This document shows, one piece after another, positions 47,501-64,000 of a DNA stretch of 64,000 bases (its first letter is position 1; each line of letters opens with the position of its first letter). Made by a program: the position numbers and the translations under genes. The notes under the pieces were generated by a model. It had not been told where the DNA came from. It made no database searches and saw only the letters and a program-made list of their open reading frames with translations. The stretch spans positions 372,001-436,000 of the forward strand of contig NW_020846532.1 in NCBI RefSeq assembly GCF_003704095.1, read 5' to 3'. This stretch comes from Pocillopora damicornis (taxonomy: Eukaryota).

Positions 47501-50500
47501 TCGATTACTGGTTGTGTAATCCTCTCAGAAAGAAATTTCGTCGGTGGCTCCGACTGAAGTTTTGACAAACTGATGGGAAGTCATCGTTAGTAAAAGATTA
47601 TTCCACGGGCGCACGTTGGGTATGCCGGACGATAGACGGGCCGAGTTGGCTATAATTATCTTATATCCAACAAGCGCGATTGGCATAATTGTTTTATTAA
47701 AAATGCCCCAAAATATTCATAAATCTTCCCCACTTTATTTTGTAAACTTCATTTGTTTGACGCGTACAATTACCATATTTGTAGAGAATGGTATAACGGC
47801 TCATAACCAATGATGGCTAAGCCGATGGAAACTCTTGAATTGCATCATCTAATGAGCCAATTTTAAATAAAATGAGAAATCACCAATCCATCGACCTGTT
47901 AGCGACTTTTGCCCCCCATCGTCTTTCACTGCTGCCGACAACATCTCGTGTTGTAAAACCATATACGATAACATTTGGCTCTTGTTTTTTGTAGGGAATG
48001 GGTCATCTTCATTGCACGGACATCAAGTCGCATGGAAGTCTCAAGTCTTCCAATTGTTTAGTGGATAGCCGTTGGGTACTAAAAATTGCAGACTACGGAC
48101 TTCCGACCTTTCGTTCGAAACTAACGAAAACTTTTAAATACACTGAATCTTATTACGAAGGTAGGTAGGAATCTCAGCTTTTTAAGCTGGAATATGCGAA
48201 GTTAGTTTATGTGCGTTGTGACGCATGTAAGTATACAGAGGTACAAANNNNNNNNNNNNNNNNNNNNNNNNNNNNNNNNNNNNNNNNNNNNNNNNNNNNN
48301 NNNNNNNNNNNNNNNNNNNNNNNNNNNNNNNNNNNNNNNNNNNNNNNNNNNNNNNNNNNNNNNNNNNNNNNNNNNNNNNNNNNNNNNNNNNNNNNNNNNN
48401 NNNNNNNNNNNNNNNNNNNNNNNNNNNNNNNNNNNNNNNNNNNNNNNNNNNNNNNNNNNNNNNNNNNNNNNNNNNNNNNNNNNNNNNNNNNNNGTAAATT
48501 TATCGTGACACAATCAAAAGCCTACTACCCCACCCTGGCGAGAAGTAATGACCGGTTCCGCATGAGCTATGATAACGAGGACAACTGGAATATTTCCGCC
48601 TCGGTACGCTCGAGTTTCATAAGTGAAAAAAAGATAATGATAAAAAACCTCAGGGTAAGGATAAGTTAAGTTCTTGATACAAAGCCAACTTGCAGTCGGT
48701 GTTAACTCTTTAGCTCTCAAGATCTGATTGTTAATTCTCCCTTCCAGCTGATACACATTTGCTCAGGAAATAGTTAGGAGAATTTAGTGTTAGATCAAGA
48801 TAACAACTTCTACCTGATAATGCTGAGTATTCTCATGACCTGTTTGCCCTATAATGTAAAGATAATATAGGGAGAAGTTACATGTTTATCACTTCTGAGA
48901 GTTAATCCATAGTGAATTCTTCACAAACCTTGCATTTACACAGCGAATGAACTAATGATTTCATTTACCTCGTGTTTCAGATTTGTTATGGACGGCTCCT
49001 GAAATTCTTAGACTAAGCAGTCGTCCTGTAAATGGAACACAGGAAGGAGATGTGTACAGTTTTGCCATCATCTTGCAAGAATTCCACACACGAGAAGGGC
49101 CTTACAGTGCAAACTACATGCAACCAGAGGGTGAGACAATTCGTTATGAGAAAAGTAGTTTGAAATTTCTTCATGTGACAACTAAGGTAATTCTTACAAG
49201 CCAGGCATGAGACTTTCTCTTAGTAACTCTTACAAGTTCAGTAGCTATACGAAGGAGTGACGCTTTGTCAGTTGGAAAGAAGTTTTTACTGAAATGACAT
49301 TTTGCAAATTTAAAAGGATGAAAATAAAAAATCACGAGTCAGTCAATTAGTGTAAATCAATCAATTGATCGATCAACCAGTCAGTCATTAGGTCTGTCAG
49401 TTGTTCAGATATTTAGTCACTCAGTCCGTTAGTTAATCGATCTGTCAGTCAGTTTGTTAGTCTTTAAGTCAGTCAGTCAGGTAGCTAGTCTGTCATGATC
49501 ATATGTCAGCCAGTTAGGTAAGCCAGGTTACCAAGTGAAAAAAAACAACCACCAAATCAAAACTCTCGTTCAAATCTTTCTGGAGTCGTGTTAGTTTTTC
49601 AAACCCTTGTAGGACCTCTGATCAAACAGTCAGGCAGTGATCAATAACATGTCAATACGTCAATAAAAGAGTGACTTTCTATTCACTTTCATTCCTAGAA
49701 ATTGTGAAGAGAGTTACAGAGGCCGAAATACCGCCCTTTCGCCCCACGGTCGTCAACCTTATCACTGGAGTGGAAGAGCTCAGAGAATTAATGAAATTAT
49801 GCTGGGAGGAAAAGCCTGAAGCTCGCCCAGATTTTCATGATATAAGGAAGACTATGCACAGAATTGTTAGTAACAGTGGCATGTAAGTGATTTATCTCAT
49901 GTCCTTTAGGGTCATTTTGAGAAAGTTTTTTTATCGCTGTGGAGCACCAGCGGGACCAAGAAATTTTAATGAATGTCATGTTTTTAAGCAAGGTTTATAA
50001 GAACTGATTAAGAAGCGATGTACCGTCAGTTTTCTTGCATGACTTCAGGCTATGTTTTTCGGTTTGAATTAAGCATTTTATAGGTAGCGATTACATAGCA
50101 AAGCCTTTCGTTTTTTGGAAAGGGAGGCTAAGGTTGACCTTAAAATGTTGACCACTCTGAAAGCGTTAGGATTCATGTAAACATGCCTATTTAAGTATAC
50201 CTCTTTCCATTCCCTTCGAATTTTCTTTTTAGTGATTGTGCTAACCTGGTAGATCCTTTTCGAACCTTAGGAAAACAAATATTTTCGACAATGTGGTGTA
50301 TATGATGGAGAAATACGCGGACAATCTTGAAGATCTTGTAAGCGAAAGAACTGTACAGCTAATGGAGGAAAAGAAAAAGACAGACGCCCTGCTGGACAGA
50401 ATATTACCACGGTGAGTTTCCTTTTAAATTTTCCTGCCTACTAAAAACCTGAAAATAGAGAATAAAGCCAAAAGGGTGAATCCTCCACAAAAGCCGTTTT

Positions 50501-53500
50501 CCAAACGAAATCCGTGTCGTGCTATTTTTAGACTCACTATTTCTCATCGTCGATGTCTTTGCAAGCCATAGGCTGCGTATTTTTTGGGAATTTCACACAC
50601 GAGATTGATCGATTTAATAACAATTGGGACTGAGAGCGACTGTGACCCATACATAGAGTCAGTCTCCCTTTGATGCTCTCTTTCAAACCAAGGACATTAC
50701 ATTGCTTGTCTGATGCAGTGCAGTTGTTGAAACGTCGCGAGCTACAGCTTGACTCGACGGTTGATAGTAACACGTTATTTCGCATGTTTTCTCTCCTAGT
50801 CCCGTGGCTGAGCAGCTTAAAAGGGGCAAAGCAGTGGAAGCGGAGAGTTTTCATGAAGTGTCGATCTACTTTAGCGATATTGTGGGATTTACACAGCTTT
50901 CATCAGACAGTACACCAATGCAGGTAAATACAAAACATTCCCAGACACCTAAGTGTACATCTTCTCGTGCAACTGGAGGAGTTGCTTTGAAGCCCGCTGA
51001 ACTGTTTATTGTGCGTAACTCGAATTGCTCAAACTTGCCTTTCATCGTTGACTACAGATGATGTCCACACCGAATGCACACATGAACGTTAACGCAAGTA
51101 AAAACAGCTTGGATGCAAGCACAGTCATAAGCTCAAGTTTGCCAATATTAAGAATATTTGCTGGGCGCAGAGAGATAGGACAAGTGTATTGGTGTCGCTA
51201 GTGAATATCTAGCTTAACTAACTGATTTACTAAACAACAGACTGACTGACAGAGTATTGCCTGGCTGACTGATTGGCCGGCAGGTTGTCTGGCTGGTTGG
51301 CTAGCTGACTGAATGACTTGCTGCCTGGCTGACCAGTGGGTTGACTGACCGACTGGCAGAGTACATGACTGAATGAGTAGTAGGCTGGCTGGCTGACCAA
51401 GGGACTGACTCACTGACTGATCGTCTGATTACAGACGTGCTTACACACGAACAAGTCATCTGTTGATTAATTGACTTTCCTTCTATCACTCATCAACTGA
51501 CGTCTTGTACAAGTTCCATATGTTCTTTTTTACCTCTTGATAGGTTGTGACGTTTTTGAATGCCCTGTATACATTGTTCGATGACATCATAAGGGAGTTT
51601 GATGTTTATAAGGTAAATTCTCCTTTTCCCATATTTGCTTATAACGTTTTGCAATCGATGCATCAATTAACCGATGTTTAATTGATCACTCAGTTTAACC
51701 CCTAGGCCCTATAAATTCAATCTTTCTTTTCTCGTTTTCTCAGGTGGAGACAATTGGTGACGCGTACATGGTTGTATCAGGTCTACCAATCAGAAATGGC
51801 GATAGTCATGCTGCTGAAATTGCAGGCATGGCTCTTCATCTGATCGCTGGAGTGAAGCAGGACTTTGTGGTGCCTCATAGGCCTGATCATAAAATTGAAC
51901 TGCGTGTTGGTATACATAGTGGTGAGTTTAAAACTTCTTTTTTGCACTTAAATGTTATTATATCCGTTCTAGTTTCCTTGCATATTTTGGTCCAAACGAC
52001 CATACTATACGTGAGACAACCGACGATACATACTCCATATATAATTGTACACACCGCCATGACTTAACGATATTTTCCTCTTTAGGTCCAGTTGTTGCAG
52101 GAGTAGTGGGAAGTACTATGCCTCGTTACTGTTTATTTGGTGATACAGTGAACACTGCGTCTAGGATGGAGTCAACTGGAGAAGGTTGGGATTAAATATG
52201 CTTGCCAAAATGTGATACCTCATTTTCTTTTTTTTTTATCTCTCATCTTGCTCATTCAGTCACTGTTTGGCTAAAGTTATCTATAGTGAAACCGTTTGGT
52301 GGAGTTTTTTGCCTATTATTTTCGAGACTTGTTTGTAACTGCTTACGAATAGGCAACAAAGCTTTTTTTCTTCAGTCCCGAGGTTGTGATAAATTAAGAA
52401 TCTTTCTGTGTTTACTTTATTTGGTCATCTCTGGAAATTTGATAACTTGTTTTTAATCAACTGAGTTGATAATGTAAATTGGTCACCGTAAAGAGTTTCT
52501 AAAACGTCAGCTTTTCAACTCTTTACAGTGGCAAATTTACATAATCAACTCAATTGATAAAAGCAAATTATCCTGTTATACTCTTCCACCGACGCAGTAC
52601 CACAGTTTCTTTGAAAACGTACCCACTTCATCTCTGAAAATCGGTTGATTTGATGGATCCGCAGCATAATCTAATTAAGAGTATTTTTCACTTTTTGTTG
52701 TAACCACTTTTCTGTTTTTGGGATTCTTAAATTGATTATTTCATTTTCCCTGCTTTATTCATATCTTCAGGTTTAAAAATTCACATAAGTGAGGCCACAA
52801 AGAAACTCCTTGAAAAATTAGGAGGTTTTATAATCGAGGAAAGAGGAGATGTGTTCTTAAAGGTGAGGTATCCGTTGTAACTTTTTAAAAGTGATTTTCG
52901 AATGACGTCTCCTTAGGGTTGCGTCCTACCATTACAAGCATTGCCTATAAGTTAACAGCCCTCAACGATTAAATTGACAACATATTCGTTGTCCCTTATA
53001 CTCCAACTGTCTAAATTCAAATCAAATCTATATCAAATGCCTTTATCTTCCGTTCAAGTAAGTTTGGTTAATTTACTGCTGGATCGACCTGTGAATAGTA
53101 CGTTGAATACTCCCTTGACCCCGGAGAGATCATATCTAAATCGAACATCAAGGTAACGAAAATATAGGAAATGATCACCAACGTAAGAAGCTCTTGATTA
53201 TTAAACATGTCAAATTCTCCTCTTCATCAACTACAGAAATCTCGAATTCGTGATGTTACTGTTAAAATTGATTTTGACACTCAGTCCTCACTCGTACGTT
53301 TGTGTGTTGTTTACCAAACCACCCTATGCTCTTCCCCATTTAAACCTTAAACGCTACTCTTGCAAAGTGTCTTAGTAAGTATAACCTCCTTGTTCGTACA
53401 TTCTACACCAAAATGTATTTATCTATTCACTTAACCCTTTACACCCAAATATCAGTATGGATATTCTCCATACTGTTCTCTATACATTTCCCAAGTTGCT

Positions 53501-53927
53501 GACAAGGAGAATTTGTTTATCAATCAAGAGAATATTTCGTTGGTGATCATTTTCTTCATTCTCGTGACCTTATTGTGTGATGCAGGGGTTACACTATTGG
53601 GAGAAATTAGATGCTAATCATTCTCATGGGTTAAAAGGTTAATTCTCCTTCCCTTAGGGCAAAGGAAAGGTAAAAAGTTATTGGCTTGTGGATTTCGCGA
53701 AAAAGACACTACGCTTTAGTCGGCGTTCATTTAAGAGAGTTAAAGAACACTCAGACCAACCCTCCGGCTTACTTGGAATATTGGAAGCCCCGCCATCTCC
53801 CTGCAGGGTATCTCGGACGTCTTCTCTCAGGAGAACTATGAAATCCATGCAGCCTGAACCTCAAGTAGCGAAAGGAAAACACGTAGTTGACGCAAACGAT
53901 AAATCGGACGATTTCTCGTCTGTTTGA
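38565..53927 (+). CDS. Receptor (membrane) guanylyl cyclase, natriuretic-peptide-receptor-like architecture; complete, 22 coding exons, 1172 aa
   Basis: Exons 38565-38942, 40970-41276, 41880-42253, 42986-43118, 43360-43446, 43914-44132, 44799-44874, 45323-45458, 45913-45993, 46332-46409, 46550-46654, 47000-47071, 47995-48160, 48981-49130, 49699-49882, 50271-50411, 50800-50923, 51544-51612, 51744-51921, 52086-52184, 52771-52862, 53658-53927 total 3519 nt, all GT-AG, frame open. Contains a signal peptide ([15 protein letters not shown]), an ANF-receptor-type ectodomain ([36 protein letters not shown]), one TM ([19 protein letters not shown]), a kinase-homology domain ([29 protein letters not shown]), a signalling helix ([12 protein letters not shown]) and a cyclase domain ([38 protein letters not shown]). 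Confidence 0.95.
41602..41850. repeat. Interspersed repeat, related to 47595-47870
   Basis: attattccttgagcgcgcgttggctataacca..tcgtatcttacaagcgcgaatggaataatt matches attattccacgggcgcacgttgg...gttggctataattatcttatatccaacaagcgcgattggcataatt at about 47598-47690. Confidence 0.6.
46075..46305 (-). mobile_element. tRNA-derived SINE-like repeat in cyclase intron 9
   Basis: Reverse complement of 46131-46202 is ggcttgttggctcagttggtagagcgctgcacgggtatcgcagaggtcatgagttcaaatcccgtacgagcc. It has an A box (TGGCTCAGTTGG) and a B box (GTTCAAATC) but an irregular anticodon arm. More decayed tRNA-like repeats occur near 14660-14760, 27000-27200, 37040-37140 and 56525-56660. Confidence 0.75.
47244..47449 (-). 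mobile_element. ~205-bp MITE (TTAACCC...GGGTTAA ends)
   Basis: Ends ttaaccctcagaagtga ... ttgggagttaaagggtta. It is the reverse complement of the copy at 48701-48905. Confidence 0.75.
48248..48493. other. Assembly gap (N run) in cyclase intron 13
   Basis: Run of n. The flanking exons join in frame to ...ESYYE|DLLWTAPE and match the paralog's exon structure, so no coding exon appears to be missing. Confidence 0.97.
48701..48905 (+). mobile_element. ~205-bp MITE, inverted relative to 47244-47449
   Basis: ttaactctttagctctcaagatctgattgttaattctccc ... atcacttctgagagttaa. Confidence 0.75.
49337..49520. repeat. Degenerate (GTCA)n tract
   Basis: Runs of gtcagtca/atcaatca. Confidence 0.7.
51220..51430. 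repeat. Degenerate (TGAC/TGGC)n tract
   Basis: Runs of actgactgac/ctggctgg. Confidence 0.75.
52439..52627. mobile_element. Older, internally deleted copy of the 6914-7188 foldback element, in cyclase intron 20
   Basis: Has the same arms (caactgagttgataatgtaaattggtcaccgtaaagagt / actctttacagtggcaaatttac) and tail (ccaccgacgcagtaccacagtttcttt). The centre is reduced to aaaacgtcagc. Flanked by TCATCTCTG(G/A)AAAT at 52425-52438 and 52628-52641. Confidence 0.75.
53431..53642 (+). mobile_element. Related TTAACCCTTT-type MITE just upstream of the last cyclase exon
   Basis: TIRs ttaacccttta / taaaaggttaa. Partial relatives lie near 62316-62470, 53100-53260 and 30070-30240. Confidence 0.7.
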
Positions 53928-55983
53928 CATCGAACTATTGAGTCATCATACACGAAGTACAAGGCTTGGAGATTACATCTGACGGAATTGTCGCTGACTA
54001 TAAGAGATATTCTATTATACGCTTACATGCTGGAAGAATTTTTGTCGTGACGCACATCTCAGTGTGCTTTTGAATGGGTCCAATGTAGTTTATTACCTTA
54101 TTTTGCTTTCGGTGGTTTTCTCAGGTCTTGTCACAACGAGCTAAATACAGAGTTCCAGTCTCCAAGCAGAAACCTATTTAGAAGAATCGCCATCGACAAA
54201 AAGATATGTACATCATTCCCATTTGCACAGTTATTCAATCATTCAAATAATCTTGTGTGGCCAACAGTTTAAAATGAATGTCATAGTTATGCAATGCGGA
54301 GCTATATTTTTGAGGATGTAGAAATAGGATTTAGAATTACTTATGATGAGGAAACAACGCGCAAAGAAATTTATGCAATATATAATGCATGTCCCGCTGT
54401 AGATGAAAAGCTAGAAATTTTATTAGAGCAGGTAAATGCTAAGACATTGTTGCTAATGTGTAATCAAATAATGAACCGAAATGAACTTAACCGGTGCTAT
54501 TGCGTTTGTAGCACAAATGTTCATGGAAGTGTAGAAATCCTTTTTATCTGTTTATAGCGACTAAGAAAAGTTTTTTTAGAAGGCTTTTTATTTTTTTGTT
54601 GCAAAAGGAGCCAAGGCGAACTTTCAAGCAAGCTTTTCTTCCCAAAATTTATCATGAAAATTTTTATCGTAATATTAACGTGACTTTGCATAAACCGTAC
54701 ACGGACGGTCTTTGAACAAAACATGGCCTCCGAGAACTTTCGCTGAAATTAAATTTAATTCAATTCTTTCGTGGTCGATTTGCTCCACCGAAGGTTGAAT
54801 TGGTATGTTACAGCCAGTTTATCATCCCATAGTTAAGTGTTCTCTCTCTCTATGTCGGAATTCCCAACCCATCTTGATAGCTTTGCCAACAGTAAACCCA
54901 AGACAAACCAAGCTGTACTACCATTTTCGCCCCAATACCCAGTTCGTTACTGCCACGTACCTTTCCAGCCACAGTCAAATCCCAAAAGTGTTTCATACTT
55001 GTGTTTCTTTTCAATTTAAAGTTTCCTATAGTGTTTACACCGTCAAAATTTGGAATAAGAAAATAATCACAACAATAAGATTTACCGTAAATTAATAAAT
55101 ACATTATTCAAGGAAAGACAAAAATGGACAAAGATTTTTTTTTAATCAAAGATTTTGCATATTTACACCAAAGGAACAATGTAGATATTGTAACTAACCT
55201 TGTCCCTCGAAGGGAAAAAAGTAAAGACCTGAGAAATTACAGGTTGTGTCAGTTTCTGTGTTACATATATCGGAGTAAAACTGATGGATTTAAAATCCTT
55301 TTTATTTGAATTTTTTTTGAAAACGTAATGATTTTTTGGGAAAATGGAAACACGGGAGCGTTCGGGAGATGCACAAATCCCAAAAGGAACCATTTTTATC
55401 AAGGTTAACACGTACAAAAAAAAGTAGTTGGATTCTCTGCGCTCAGTGACTTGTAAGCCAGTGGCGCATGTTCAGTTCTTTCCACTGGAGAGTGGGTGAG
55501 CATAAGTTTATCTAGTGAATTGCGGCTTGTAACGCAATCCTCTCTCACAACGGCAGGGTAACCAGCTTCACAGCCATTAAAGAAGATTTGGAGACTTGTA
55601 TAAAATCAAACAAAGTAATGTCCTAAACTACACGTGGTTGCCTTGTTATGCCTTTTGTGAGCGCAAGGGGAAAGCCCCTCCTGTCATGTTTTGAAGAGTT
55701 TGTTGCGTTTGACAGAATCCTGTATTCTCAGAAACCATCAGTAGCAGTATCACGTAAATTCTTTTGGCGCAGACCAGCACCTCTTGATGGCGTATTTCAA
55801 TTATAAAGCTGATCTCAGGCTCCTCCAAGCCACATGCTTAGGTCACTCGAGTGAACTGGGTATGCACCATGAAATACAGACAAAAAGACATCTCTTAACC
55901 GGATAGTTACCAACAATTTCTGACTTGAAAGTTGGGGCAACACTGATCACACGTGCAGACACACGAATACCTTCCCAGATTCC

Positions 55984-63882
<7,899 letters not shown>

Positions 63883-64000
63883 CTGTGGAATGAAAAAAGC
63901 AACCGGAGAGTGTTGCTTAAACATATCGGAAAATCACTGTCTTAGGATTCCTAACATCATGGGAAAACAAAAGAGGTTGTACCCTAACCTTGTTATGATC

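Noticed and set aside
48202-48669. ORFs spanning X residues
   Set aside because: Artefacts of the N gap.
54294-54557. 87-aa ORF between the cyclases
   Set aside because: No recognisable domain or splice context, and it lies in presumptive 3' UTR. It would need a homology search or ribosome profiling to be taken seriously.

Overview
AT-rich, intron-rich animal DNA. The repeat families and gene content suggest a stony coral or other anthozoan (inference, no search run). From left to right: (1) the last three coding exons of an NDE1/NDEL1 (NudE) gene (+); (2) a complete 12-exon LCMT1 gene (+, 313 aa) whose reading frame requires one GC-AG intron; (3) an intronless class A GPCR (+, 304 aa) with its last 174 bp tandemly duplicated and Ala at the conserved TM3 Cys; (4) about 20 kb without recognisable coding sequence but with candidate non-coding 5' exons; (5) a complete 22-exon receptor guanylyl cyclase (+, 1172 aa); (6) the intracellular half (15 exons) of a paralogous receptor guanylyl cyclase on the minus strand, tail-to-tail with the first. 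Introns and intergenic DNA carry many MITE-like elements, tRNA-derived SINEs, an RTE-like LINE fragment and tandem repeats. The most notable non-coding element is a 275-bp foldback insertion with a 15-bp target-site duplication upstream of LCMT1. It carries a minimal hammerhead ribozyme core on each strand (Penelope-like), and a second copy lacking the core lies in a cyclase intron. One assembly gap (48248-48493). All exon boundaries were read by eye and have no transcript support.
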